Positions 28,659-38,624 of a stretch of 64,000 nt of DNA are shown piece by piece (position 1 is the first letter of the stretch; the number at the start of each line of letters is the position of its first letter). This stretch comes from Leptospirales bacterium (lineage in GTDB: Bacteria > Spirochaetota > Leptospiria > Turneriellales > JAOUFE01). The notes beneath the pieces are model-generated. The model ran no database searches. It was not told the DNA's origin and saw only the letters and a list, made by a program, of their open reading frames with translations. Both the position numbers and the translations under genes were made by a program. Location of the stretch: NCBI GenBank assembly GCA_040326155.1, contig JBEQLE010000010.1, positions 1 to 64,000 of the forward strand, written 5' to 3'.

Positions 28659-29243
28659 ATGAAAAAAATTATAATTGGTATTGTGTTTTCGTTTTTAATT
28701 TTTAACTTATATTCAATACCGCCAAGAGATAACAAAACCGGGAGTGTAATTGGAATTCAAGTGTCAGTAAGTGGACTATTTGCTCCTCAAGTTTTCAATG
28801 GAATTGTCTTTGTAAAATTAAAAAATGGCAACGATTTTACCAGCGGTGAAAAAGTCGTATTATCAAAATCTAGAAGTGGTTTTAATATCTATCTCTATAA
28901 CGTAGAACCTGGAACTTATGTTGCCGTTGGAGGTTCGTACACAAGCGGGGGCGGGCACGATAGTGTTGTATTTTTCTCAACAGAAATGGTTGCAAAAACA
29001 AAAATTGTAGTAAAGAGCAACTCTATAACATACATGGGAAAATATACAGTCTCAACTGGAAAACATGTAAAAGACAAAGGCGATAAAGTACAGCGGCATT
29101 ACGGAACCAACGTGGATTCAGCCTACCCACCTTATGTAGGTAAAATAAAAAGAAGCAGTAACACAGAAAAAGATAAAGAGGCTTTTATGAAATCAACCAT
29201 TCGCCTGTTGAAAAAGAGCGAGTGGAGTGATCTTGTAGGTTAA
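28659..29243 (+). CDS. Secreted hypothetical protein
   Basis: GGAG RBS before ATG 28659; MKKIIIGIVFSFLIFNLYS signal peptide; beta-rich NVEPGTYVAV segment. Confidence 0.7.
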   Translation: MKKIIIGIVFSFLIFNLYSIPPRDNKTGSVIGIQVSVSGLFAPQVFNGIVFVKLKNGNDFTSGEKVVLSKSRSGFNIYLYNVEPGTYVAVGGSYTSGGGHDSVVFFSTEMVAKTKIVVKSNSITYMGKYTVSTGKHVKDKGDKVQRHYGTNVDSAYPPYVGKIKRSSNTEKDKEAFMKSTIRLLKKSEWSDLVG

Positions 29244-29356
29244 TAATAATTTACTAGATGAATTGATCTATCGGGTCATGATATACAACCTGGTAGATCA
29301 AGCTTTAACAGTATATATCCCATTTTACTTTAATTAGAACAAATAACTCTGTAATA

Positions 29357-30703
29357 TTAATTTCCAATAATTTCGCCAACGCAGATTTTGACGTCTGAGA
29401 AAAACTTTTCGTCTTTTGCGGGTTGAAGTTCGAGGTTTTGCGGTTCGCCGGCCCAGATTTGTTGGTTGACTTTTAATGCTGAAAGAGCTTTTCTTCGTTC
29501 GCGAAAATGGGTGGGTAGGCGCATTTTTCCTGTCAGGGAGAGTTCACCTGCGGCGGCCCATTTTTTAGGTATTTCTTTGTTGCGATAACTTGAAGCCATG
29601 GCCAGAAGCAGGGCCAGGTCGCCCGCTGAATCTTTTAAAAAAGTTCCGCCGTGAATGCGGACGAAAATATCGCTTTGTGACATCTTGTAACCTAGAAATT
29701 TTTCGAGTATGGCGGCGATCATGTGAATGCGGCTGATATCGATATTTTCGCCTATGCGTCTGCCGTTGGAAAAACTGGCGGGAGTTGCCAACACCTGAAC
29801 TTCGACGGGCATAATTCTGGTGCCGTCCACCTGGGGAAATAAGATGCTGCCGACGCCCCCGGTATCTTCGAGGTGAATGAGGCTTTTTTCTCGGGGTACT
29901 TCAAGCAAGCCCTCTCTGGTCATTTCGAAGACGGCGATTTCACCGGTGGAGCCGTAGCGGTTTTTTACGGAGCGAATAAATCGGTATTGGCCGAAATTTT
30001 GATTTTCAAAATAGAGAACCACATCGACGGCGTGTTCTAAAACTTTGGGGCCGGCAATTTGACCGTCTTTTGTAATGTGTCCGGTCAGCACAACGGGAAT
30101 ATTATTGGACCTGGCGAGTTCGACAAAGGCTGCGGCGGAAGTTCGTATCTGGGTTACCGAACCGTTAATATATTTTTCGTTTTCAGAGGTTACCGTTTGA
30201 ATGGAATCTACCAGTAAAATTTCAGGTTTCACCTGGTGGATGGCCGAAAGAATGCGTTCGATTTTTGTTTCTTGCAGCAGGGTAACGTTTTCGTATAGAG
30301 CCCCGGTTCGGTTGGCTCTGTCCATAATCTGCCCGGCGCCTTCTTCCCCCGAGACGTATAATACTTTTTTATTGCTTTTTCCGAAAGCCAGAAGCAGGGT
30401 GGATTTTCCTATGCCGGGTTCTCCGCCAAGTAAAACTACAGAACCGCGAACGAGACCTCCACCAAGAACATTGTCCATTTCGCGAATTCCAGTTGGTATG
30501 CGAATTAACTCGTCTTTAAAACTTTTGGTTATGGAGTAAAAATTTAAATTTTCCCGGTGGGCTGTTTTTTCGACTTCACCTTGCGTGGTTTCATCAAAAG
30601 TATTCCAGGCTTTGCAGGAGGGGCATTGTCCCATCCAGGCAATAAAGGTTTCTTCGCATTTGGAACAACGGTATACTGTTTTTTTATCTTTTGCTTTAGC
30701 CAT
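29357..30703 (-). CDS. radA: DNA repair protein RadA/Sms
   Basis: CxxC-CxxC zinc finger, GEPGIGKST, KNRYG, Lon-like C-terminus. Confidence 0.95.
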   Translation of the reverse strand: MAKAKDKKTVYRCSKCEETFIAWMGQCPSCKAWNTFDETTQGEVEKTAHRENLNFYSITKSFKDELIRIPTGIREMDNVLGGGLVRGSVVLLGGEPGIGKSTLLLAFGKSNKKVLYVSGEEGAGQIMDRANRTGALYENVTLLQETKIERILSAIHQVKPEILLVDSIQTVTSENEKYINGSVTQIRTSAAAFVELARSNNIPVVLTGHITKDGQIAGPKVLEHAVDVVLYFENQNFGQYRFIRSVKNRYGSTGEIAVFEMTREGLLEVPREKSLIHLEDTGGVGSILFPQVDGTRIMPVEVQVLATPASFSNGRRIGENIDISRIHMIAAILEKFLGYKMSQSDIFVRIHGGTFLKDSAGDLALLLAMASSYRNKEIPKKWAAAGELSLTGKMRLPTHFRERRKALSALKVNQQIWAGEPQNLELQPAKDEKFFSDVKICVGEIIGN

Positions 30704-30717
30704 ACAATAACCTGTTT

Positions 30718-33519
30718 TTACATTTCTGAATCCATATTTAAAAAGACGACATGTTTTATATAGAGATCGATGCGCAGTTTTAACTGGCTCTCCAGTTTAT
30801 GTAATTTATCTTTAACTCGATTATTTTCACTTTTTTTCTTATTTATTGTTCTTTGTATGGCGCCTGACATTCTCTCTTCCCCGTACCAGTGCGCTTTTCC
30901 CTGTTGAATTTCAAGTTTTTCTTTCAGCTCACTTTCAGAGTTTTTATGTGAGTTTCGAATATTTTGCTTCCAGAAATTTATACCGTATTTAGTTTTCGAT
31001 AAAAGTTTTTCAATGTCATGTTCAATTTCGGAATGAACTCCCTGAATTGCTTTTTCCAGATTTTTTACACCTTCTTTGAAGGTAGTCGAAGCAGGCTCAC
31101 AGGAAATAATGGAATTTGCATAATTGGGAACCTCGCCCGGTTGGTCGTTTTGGTCGTCGATAAATATATTATAGCGCCGATTATAAACCCGATCAAGATG
31201 AATTTTTACTTCAAAATAATAAGCTATTCCCTTCTCTTTCGCCTGCAAAGTTTCTGCGTTATAATACACGGATGGTTCCACTTTTTCAACTAGTTGTTTT
31301 AACGCTCGGTCAACAAAAGGGTGGCCAATGGTTAAATAGTCGAGATGACCTTTTTTATTCGATGTTTCCAGATAGAATGTGCCGGTACGAAATTCCCCAT
31401 CCTGGGCAAAAGTAATATCACCGCCTCGGTTTTTTAGTTTTTCGTTTGTAAGTTCATTCACACCTAGAGAAATCTCTTCAATAATTTCTTCAGTTTCAAA
31501 CCCAGACTCTTTAGTTTCGAGCACGGCCTGGAAAGCCTGCATGTTAAAATCCAGCACTTCGGTTGAAATCAGGTTTTCAATTTTATGCAGATTATCGCGA
31601 GCCGCTTGCAGAGAAGTTTTCAGTTCAGCGTCATTCTCTTTTTTCGATTTTCTGCCGTCTAATAGATTTTGCAACGATTTTTCAATGGAGCTGTCATCTT
31701 CGGTCATGCCCAGGAGTATATCGGAGCTTCCAAAAGCATTCTCGAAAAGTTGTATCTTCTTTTCCAGAATTTCAAGAATTTTTTCGGCTATGGTATCTTT
31801 GGTTGCAAAGTTAATAATATACACATCATTTTTTTGTCCAAACCTGTGAATACGTCCTATTCGTTGTTCGACTTTTAGAGGACTCCAGGGCAAATCGTAA
31901 TTGATGAGCGCCGAAGCAACTTGCAGGTTGCGTCCTTCACCGCCTGCTTCTGTACAAATAAGTATATCGGTTTTCGTAAAGAAATCTTCTATCATTTGTT
32001 CTTTGTCGAGCGCAGTCAGCCCCCCGTGAAACAGGGTGACTTGAAAATAGTCTCGAATATACTCGTGTATATATTCCATCGTTCGTCGAAACTGGGTGAA
32101 AATAATTACTTTTTCGTGACCCTCTTTTTTAAGTTTAATTAGAATATCGCGCAGGGAGGCAAGTTTATAATCGGTTTCAATTTTTTCGCCCAGAGAAATA
32201 AGCCGGGTAATGGACATAATTTCTTCCCGAATTTCAGCCGGGTCAAATATCGATTCAAGGTCGAAATCACCTTCCTCTTCTTCATCGAGTTCATCATCTT
32301 CGTCCGGGATTTCAAATAATCTGCTTTTCGTTTGTTTATCTTTCGGAAGTCGATAGTACATTTTTTCTAAACGAACTTTTCTTTTTTTTAGAGCATGTAA
32401 TAAAGCATGGCTGGATGAGTCTAAGAGCTTTTGGAAAACTATGGCCACAAAAGCCCGCACATGTTGGTGAGAATCCATGGCCCGGTTATACTCTTTTTTT
32501 ACATATTCGGTTACCTGGTCGTAAAAAGCTCTCTCAAGCGGGGGCAGGGTGAGTTTAATGGTTTTTGCAAACCGTTTTGTAAACCCCCCAATATCAACTT
32601 TACGGCGACGAATAACCACCGGTGATAGTTTTTTACGTAAGGCGTTCGTGTTGTCATCGGTATAGGATGATAAAAAAGTATGCATAGGTCCAAGAATATC
32701 GGGGTCTATCAGTTGAATTAAATAGTATATTTCTTCGAGCTTTCCACGAAAAGGGGTCGCCGAGAGTAAAATAAGGGCGCGAGCAGTGGGGGATATTTGT
32801 TCAGCAAACTGGTAAGCTTTCGTTGCTTTCGTCTGGTCTTTTCGCAGTCGGTGGGCCTCATCAAATACGATAATATCGAAGTTTTTTTCGAGAAAAGGTC
32901 CCCATCTGTCTTTGTCGCGCAACAGATCAATGGAAACTATAATTCGTTTTTCATTTTCGACAATATTGGGATTCTTTCTTAAAACTGGTCCATTTACAAT
33001 TACAAAGTTTTCGTTAAACTTATGCTTCATCTCGCTTTGCCATTGGTAAACCAGGGGCGCAGGTACGGCAATTAATACCGTTTCGCAATTTTGTTTTAGA
33101 ATCAACTCTTTAATAATTAACCCGGCCTCGACGGTTTTACCCAGGCCGACTTCGTCTGCAATTAACACTCTTGGTTGAACTGACTCCACGACATGCAACG
33201 CCGCTTGTACCTGGTGAGGTAAAAGCATTGTTTTCGATGCAACCAGAGAACTCAGGGGGTTGGCAAAGTGCTTTTCAAGTATACCCCAGAGTTTGGCATA
33301 AAAGGATAGATAGTTTGTAAATTCTGGTTCGTTTTCGGACGGGGTCTTTGGTATTGTAGAAATTTCAGGTGGGTGTACGTGTATAGCCCGGTTGATATTC
33401 CGGTTTCCAGTTTTTACAAGTTTTCCATTTGCGAAAAACCATCGTGGTTCCGGCGGGACACTGGTTTGAGCCGCACTGCTTCGTTTAAAGTTCAGGTAAC
33501 CCTGGGCTGTACTCTCCAT
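30718..33519 (-). CDS. SNF2-family (RapA/HepA-like) helicase
   Basis: LLPHQ, IADEVGLGKT, DEAH, LSATP, EGRNLQ, EQRIGRIHRFGQ. Confidence 0.9.
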   Translation of the reverse strand: MESTAQGYLNFKRSSAAQTSVPPEPRWFFANGKLVKTGNRNINRAIHVHPPEISTIPKTPSENEPEFTNYLSFYAKLWGILEKHFANPLSSLVASKTMLLPHQVQAALHVVESVQPRVLIADEVGLGKTVEAGLIIKELILKQNCETVLIAVPAPLVYQWQSEMKHKFNENFVIVNGPVLRKNPNIVENEKRIIVSIDLLRDKDRWGPFLEKNFDIIVFDEAHRLRKDQTKATKAYQFAEQISPTARALILLSATPFRGKLEEIYYLIQLIDPDILGPMHTFLSSYTDDNTNALRKKLSPVVIRRRKVDIGGFTKRFAKTIKLTLPPLERAFYDQVTEYVKKEYNRAMDSHQHVRAFVAIVFQKLLDSSSHALLHALKKRKVRLEKMYYRLPKDKQTKSRLFEIPDEDDELDEEEEGDFDLESIFDPAEIREEIMSITRLISLGEKIETDYKLASLRDILIKLKKEGHEKVIIFTQFRRTMEYIHEYIRDYFQVTLFHGGLTALDKEQMIEDFFTKTDILICTEAGGEGRNLQVASALINYDLPWSPLKVEQRIGRIHRFGQKNDVYIINFATKDTIAEKILEILEKKIQLFENAFGSSDILLGMTEDDSSIEKSLQNLLDGRKSKKENDAELKTSLQAARDNLHKIENLISTEVLDFNMQAFQAVLETKESGFETEEIIEEISLGVNELTNEKLKNRGGDITFAQDGEFRTGTFYLETSNKKGHLDYLTIGHPFVDRALKQLVEKVEPSVYYNAETLQAKEKGIAYYFEVKIHLDRVYNRRYNIFIDDQNDQPGEVPNYANSIISCEPASTTFKEGVKNLEKAIQGVHSEIEHDIEKLLSKTKYGINFWKQNIRNSHKNSESELKEKLEIQQGKAHWYGEERMSGAIQRTINKKKSENNRVKDKLHKLESQLKLRIDLYIKHVVFLNMDSEM

Positions 33520-33563
33520 TGTTGAAGAGACATAATGAAATAGATTTATGCGTTGTAAATTAT

Positions 33564-35423
33564 TTAGCTGTGAGAGGCGAGAAATTGTTCTACTTTTGTT
33601 TTTTCCCCTAAAAGTGTGGCCACCTCTTCGGCCAAGCTGTCGACTTTGTCGGGGTCTTGCTTTTCTGCATTCGAAAGTTCGTCAGTTTTTTGCTTAATTG
33701 CTTTGTTGATTCTTTCTCTTTTTTGCAGCATTATCAGTCTACTTAGTTTTTTTGAGTACTCTTTATCGATATAAGCCGCATCGTCACTCTCTTCGAGTTC
33801 TTCGAATACGGTTTCCATTGAAAACAGGATATCGGATAACAGGCGGACCATCCCCTCGTCCGATAACAGGGTCATTACTTTATTCAGGTCTTCCCACTTC
33901 CAGAATTCTCCACTTCGTAACCTGTCACGAAAAAATACATACAGCAAGTAAGACTCTTTTCCACTCCATTCGACTTCATCAAGCAGTACTTTATTGTTCC
34001 AGCAGGCTGAGTGGCGAAGTAACAAGCTTAAAATCTCTTTTTCAAGGCTGCCGACGGGATAGTCTTGTTCAATTTCTTCTTCATCGAACTCTACGCGTTT
34101 ACGTTTCAATTTAATATGAGCAGATCCATTTTTGCTAAAATCGTTTCGAATTAAATCGATAGAAATCGCCAGTTTGACCGAAGCTTCTTTCAGGTATTCA
34201 TCTTTTTCCCACTCCGCAGATAAATTGCCCACATATTCAAAAAATGCATCGATGGCTTCCCTTTTTTGATCCAGCTGTGAAATATTATATTTATGGGTGA
34301 AAAAATACCAGAGTACAAAGGAAACTTCGGTTCGGGATGCGTCTAGCAGCGAAAGGATTTCCGTAAGATCTAGTTTTTGACTAATATCAAACGGGTCGAG
34401 GCTCTGGTTTGCGCCGCTTAATATTACAATGCGGGGATTCAATTTTTTATCCCGAGCAATTACGAGCGACCGGTATGCTGCTTCGATTCCGGCAGGGTCT
34501 CCGTCGAAAAATATAATCAGGTTATCTGTATATCTTTTTAATAGTTTTGCCTGTTCCGATGTAAAAGCGGTTCCGAGCGGGGCGACTGCGTTTTTAATTC
34601 CGGATTGGTGTAAACCCATTACATCAAGATAACCTTCCACAAGTATGGCCTGGCCCGATTTTCGGATATCGTCTTTTGCGGTGTAAAAATTATACAAGGT
34701 GGCTTTTTTATGAAACAGTGGGGACTCAGGTGAATTGACATATTTTCCCGCTTCAATTTTACGTATTATGCGACCGCCAAAAGCGATGGTCTCTCCTTTG
34801 TTTCCCAGAATAGGAAAGATCAGGCGTCCGCGAAATCTATTGTAGGTTTCGTCATTACTTGATTTTGCAAGTAGTCCGAGTTCGAAGAGGGCTTTTTCAG
34901 CTTCTTGTTTTTTCTTGCCTTCGTAATTGTTTAAAAGTGAACCTTCTAAAAAACGGTAAGTGGGCGGAGCATACCCAAGCTGAAAATGGGCAGCCGTTGC
35001 GGGTTCTATTTTTCGTAATTTTATATATTCGGAAGCTTCAGAGTCTTTTAGTTGCGATTTATAGACTTCTTTTACTGCGCCCTGGACAGCGATCAGAGTT
35101 TTTTTCCAGTTTTGAATTTTCTCTGCGCCGGGTTTTTGGGCTCCCTGTAGCGGTATGCCAGAATAGTCTGAGAGTATTTTTAGAGATTCTTTGAAGTCGA
35201 CTTTTTCATATTCTTGAACAAAGGTGATGAGGTTTCCACCTTTGCCACACCCGAAGCATTTAAAAATTCCTTTTTCGGGAGAGATGCTAAAGGAGGGAGA
35301 TTTTTCATTGTGAAAAGGACATAGTGCCCAGTAATTGCTTCCTTTCTGCTTAAGCGTAAGATACCGCTGAAGAAACGATTCAATCGGGATAGCCTGGATC
35401 AGACGATCCGCGTCGCTTGCCAT
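33564..35423 (-). CDS. dnaG: DNA primase
   Basis: CPFHNEKSPSF..CFGC zinc-binding domain; KYVNSPE; VEGYLD; FDGDPAG TOPRIM. Confidence 0.96.
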   Translation of the reverse strand: MASDADRLIQAIPIESFLQRYLTLKQKGSNYWALCPFHNEKSPSFSISPEKGIFKCFGCGKGGNLITFVQEYEKVDFKESLKILSDYSGIPLQGAQKPGAEKIQNWKKTLIAVQGAVKEVYKSQLKDSEASEYIKLRKIEPATAAHFQLGYAPPTYRFLEGSLLNNYEGKKKQEAEKALFELGLLAKSSNDETYNRFRGRLIFPILGNKGETIAFGGRIIRKIEAGKYVNSPESPLFHKKATLYNFYTAKDDIRKSGQAILVEGYLDVMGLHQSGIKNAVAPLGTAFTSEQAKLLKRYTDNLIIFFDGDPAGIEAAYRSLVIARDKKLNPRIVILSGANQSLDPFDISQKLDLTEILSLLDASRTEVSFVLWYFFTHKYNISQLDQKREAIDAFFEYVGNLSAEWEKDEYLKEASVKLAISIDLIRNDFSKNGSAHIKLKRKRVEFDEEEIEQDYPVGSLEKEILSLLLRHSACWNNKVLLDEVEWSGKESYLLYVFFRDRLRSGEFWKWEDLNKVMTLLSDEGMVRLLSDILFSMETVFEELEESDDAAYIDKEYSKKLSRLIMLQKRERINKAIKQKTDELSNAEKQDPDKVDSLAEEVATLLGEKTKVEQFLASHS

Positions 35424-35463
35424 ATTCTTAGAAGCAAGCTTTGATTTGTGGGGTCAAATGTTA

Positions 35464-35694
35464 TTAATCTCCGTAGAGCATTTTTTTGCGCTGGCGCTTT
35501 CTAATAGCGGCTTCTTGCGCTCTTTTTTTAGTCACGGAAGGTTTTTCATAGAACTCTCGTTTTTTTAGTTCCGTTAAAATACCTGCATTAGTCACTTCTC
35601 TCTTGAAACGTTTTAATGCAATTTCCACCGGCTCTTCGTCTTTTACACGAGTTCCGTTGTTAAAATAATCGTATGCTGTAAATTCTCTTTCCAT
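35464..35694 (-). CDS. rpsU: 30S ribosomal protein S21
   Basis: ALKRFKR..GILTELKKREFYEKPS; upstream of dnaG; ATG 35694 preferred. Confidence 0.92.
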   Translation of the reverse strand: MEREFTAYDYFNNGTRVKDEEPVEIALKRFKREVTNAGILTELKKREFYEKPSVTKKRAQEAAIRKRQRKKMLYGD

Positions 35695-35759
35695 AATATA
35701 TAAAACCCTTTGATTAAGGAACAATTTACAACCGAATACTCGCTGTCAACTTTTTTATA

Positions 35760-36542
35760 GTGTTTCTACTCTGGCGCGAAAATTCTTTATTCTTTACAAA
35801 AAGGCAAATCGTAGTTAACTGGATTGTGAAATATTTTTTAACCGCAGGGGTACTAGCCGTTTTCATTTTGTTCGGCGGGTACTATCTGTTCAACAATGGA
35901 TTATTGTGGTTTGTTTACCCCGATAAAGAAATTTACCCGATTATGGGCGTCGACGTTTCTCACCATCAAGGGAAAATCGATTGGGAAGAACTCGCCCGCC
36001 AGGGAGTACGATTCGCATTTATAAAGTCCACGGAAGGCGGCGACTTTAAAGATTCAAGATTTAAAGAAAACATACGAAATGCAAAAAAAGCAAACATACC
36101 AGTTGGAGCCTACCACTTTTTTACCTTTTGTCGACCCGGTTTAGAACAGGCGAAAAATTTTATTGAAACGGTTCCAAAAGATACAATTGACCTGGCCCCG
36201 GTAATTGACCTGGAATTTGGCGGAAATTGCTCGGCCACTCCTTCGCAGAGTGAACTGAATAAGCAATTAAGTTTATATGTGGACGCCATCGTCCGGCATT
36301 ATAATCGCAACCCCATTTTTTACATCACCACAGAATTTCTGGAGGCCTACCCTCTGAAAAAATTTCAAAATATAGATTTGTGGATGCGCAATATTTACCG
36401 ACCTCCTGAATCACACAATAAACGTGGTTGCACATTTTGGCAGTACCACAGCCGAGGCAGGCTTAAAGGAGTCAGCGAATTCATAGACCTCAACGTATAT
36501 TGCGGCGATCAAGTATCTTTTGAAAAATTCCTCGACCAATAA
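35760..36542 (+). CDS. GH25 lysozyme/muramidase with N-terminal membrane anchor
   Basis: GVDVSHHQGKIDW, FIKSTEG, GAYHFF, PVIDLEF, FWQY, DLN. True start probably further downstream. Confidence 0.9.
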   Translation: MFLLWRENSLFFTKRQIVVNWIVKYFLTAGVLAVFILFGGYYLFNNGLLWFVYPDKEIYPIMGVDVSHHQGKIDWEELARQGVRFAFIKSTEGGDFKDSRFKENIRNAKKANIPVGAYHFFTFCRPGLEQAKNFIETVPKDTIDLAPVIDLEFGGNCSATPSQSELNKQLSLYVDAIVRHYNRNPIFYITTEFLEAYPLKKFQNIDLWMRNIYRPPESHNKRGCTFWQYHSRGRLKGVSEFIDLNVYCGDQVSFEKFLDQ

Positions 36543-36548
36543 TATAAA

Positions 36549-37085
36549 TTACTCGGCCAGTTCTGGGTGCATTTTGTCGAGAATAAAGTCCTTGAATTCA
36601 GCTATTTTTTCTTTCGTTTCAAAAAGTTCTTTTTTAACCAAAATGGCCTGTAACGCGCTTGTGTAGAGAAAAAAGTAATCTTCGTTTTCGCGAAATTTTT
36701 CAATTAAAGAGTATTTGAACTCCGTCGAGCTGTACTCATTTTTATCCGTTATTGATTCAGCCGTAAATGTCAAACTTTGTTTCCCGATCATGCTCTTGTT
36801 TTTTCCTTCCGCCAGCATCTTTCGAACTGCTCTTTTGGATCGCCAATAAACATACTTGTTATAGCGAAAAAATAAAAAGGAACAAACAATGGAATATATG
36901 ATTATAATTGTAATGTCAGATTTCACAATTCCACTTCTAATAAAGAAAAGCACAACCAATGAATACATAGCAACTAATGCTATTCTCTGTTTAAAAATGG
37001 AAGATTTCATTACTTCGGAATTTTCCAGTTGGAATTGGTTAAAATTGATAATATCTTCTACTGTTTGCTCGAATTCGAATTTCAT
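36549..37085 (-). CDS. YcxB-like membrane protein
   Basis: Two TM helices followed by a YcxB-like domain ([23 protein letters not shown]). Confidence 0.7.
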   Translation of the reverse strand: MKFEFEQTVEDIINFNQFQLENSEVMKSSIFKQRIALVAMYSLVVLFFIRSGIVKSDITIIIIYSIVCSFLFFRYNKYVYWRSKRAVRKMLAEGKNKSMIGKQSLTFTAESITDKNEYSSTEFKYSLIEKFRENEDYFFLYTSALQAILVKKELFETKEKIAEFKDFILDKMHPELAE

Positions 37086-37267
37086 TTACTTTCCTTATTC
37101 AAAATCATTTGGGTCCATATTCTGCTTTTTCGTATCCATTCGTAAAGAAGTATTTTCGGCACCCGCTAAAGCAGTTCAGGCAGTCTGGAACTAAAGTTGA
37201 GTTTTTTTACAAAAACCGGGAATTGAAAAAAACTTTTCGTCTCAAAGCTAATATGAACAGTGATTCA

Positions 37268-37852
37268 ATGTCTGAAGTAAATAAGTTTAATTTTGAAAAA
37301 ATTGAAAAAGCGGCCGGTGAATTTATTAATGGAATTGGCGAAAATGATGCCCGGGAGGGGTTGCAAAAAACTCCTGAAAGAATAGCTCGTTCCATGGAGT
37401 ATCTAACATCGGGTTATCACGATAGCATCGAAGATATTGTGAATGGAGCAATTTACCATGACCCGAATAACGGTATGGTTATTGTTCAGGATATTGAACT
37501 TTACAGTCTTTGTGAGCACCACATGTTACCATTTTTCGGCAAGGCATTTATTGCCTATTTGCCTAATGAAAAGATTATTGGCATCAGTAAAATACCAAGA
37601 ATAGTCGACATGTTTTCCCGTCGCCTGCAGGTCCAGGAGCGATTAACCGATCAAATCGCCGAAGCGATTGAAAGTATTTTACAACCCAAAGGGGTTGCCG
37701 TCGTTATTCAGGCCCAGCATTTTTGTATGATGATGCGTGGCGTTGAAAAACAAAACTCTTTTTTAACAACAAGCAGCATGCTCGGTGCATTTCAGACATC
37801 CCAGCCTACCCGTATGGAATTTTTAAGTTTAATACAGAAAAAAATGAATTGA
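37268..37852 (+). CDS. folE: GTP cyclohydrolase I
   Basis: [43 protein letters not shown]; start at 37253 or 37268. Confidence 0.96.
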   Translation: MSEVNKFNFEKIEKAAGEFINGIGENDAREGLQKTPERIARSMEYLTSGYHDSIEDIVNGAIYHDPNNGMVIVQDIELYSLCEHHMLPFFGKAFIAYLPNEKIIGISKIPRIVDMFSRRLQVQERLTDQIAEAIESILQPKGVAVVIQAQHFCMMMRGVEKQNSFLTTSSMLGAFQTSQPTRMEFLSLIQKKMN

Positions 37853-37889
37853 GGCTCTAAAAGAACTTTTACTCGATTTATTTGATATT

Positions 37890-38612
37890 TTATAACGATT
37901 CTTTAAAAGAAGCTTGAATAATTTTTGTCCAGAGTTCATACCCTTTTTGATTCAAGTGTAATCCATCGGGCAAGAACAACTCTTTACGAAAAGTACCATC
38001 TTTATTCAGCATTGATGACGCCGTGTCGATGTAGAATACATTCTCTGTTTTACTCACCCACTCTTCTATAAGAGCATTTGCTTTTTTCATCTTTTCCCAT
38101 GAAATTTTACGCGCGGGCGATGGCTTCACCGAGATAAAAAATATTTTTATGGATGAACCAGGGGGAGTGAATTCCCTGATCTTTTTTACCAGAACTGTAA
38201 AATTGTTGAGTGTATCCTTCGCTGATAAATTTAAGCGCGCAGAATACAGATCATTATCTCCCGCATAAACTACGATTGCCATGGGTTTTATTTTTCCCAG
38301 AAGCCGGGGGACAAAATAAGTGAGATCAGGTAATATGGAACCGCCAAAGCCTGCGTTAAATACCGGCAGAGGTTTAAAATCTTTTTTTAAATTCGACCAC
38401 TTTCGAATTGAAGAGCTGCCATAAAAAAAGATACCATTTTTCGGAAATTCGCGTAATCGATCTTCAATTGATTTAATTTGAAATTCCCAATGTTTGGGAT
38501 TATGCTTTCGAAGGGAATTCGAAAATAAAGTTACAATAACAGTAAGGGCCGCTACGAAACTTAATAAAAATTTTCGATTGATGTATTTTTTCATGAACGT
38601 TATTTTCGGCAA
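37890..38612 (-). CDS. SGNH/GDSL hydrolase family protein
   Basis: FYGSSSIRKW, NAGFGGS, YAGDND, DGLHLN. Confidence 0.9.
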   Translation of the reverse strand: MPKITFMKKYINRKFLLSFVAALTVIVTLFSNSLRKHNPKHWEFQIKSIEDRLREFPKNGIFFYGSSSIRKWSNLKKDFKPLPVFNAGFGGSILPDLTYFVPRLLGKIKPMAIVVYAGDNDLYSARLNLSAKDTLNNFTVLVKKIREFTPPGSSIKIFFISVKPSPARKISWEKMKKANALIEEWVSKTENVFYIDTASSMLNKDGTFRKELFLPDGLHLNQKGYELWTKIIQASFKESL

Positions 38613-38624
38613 TCCGGCTATAAT

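Noticed and set aside
30718..33519. SNF2 helicase as part of a DISARM/Zorya-type defence system
   Set aside because: No methylase, DUF1998, nuclease or other defence partner is adjacent; it is embedded among housekeeping genes.
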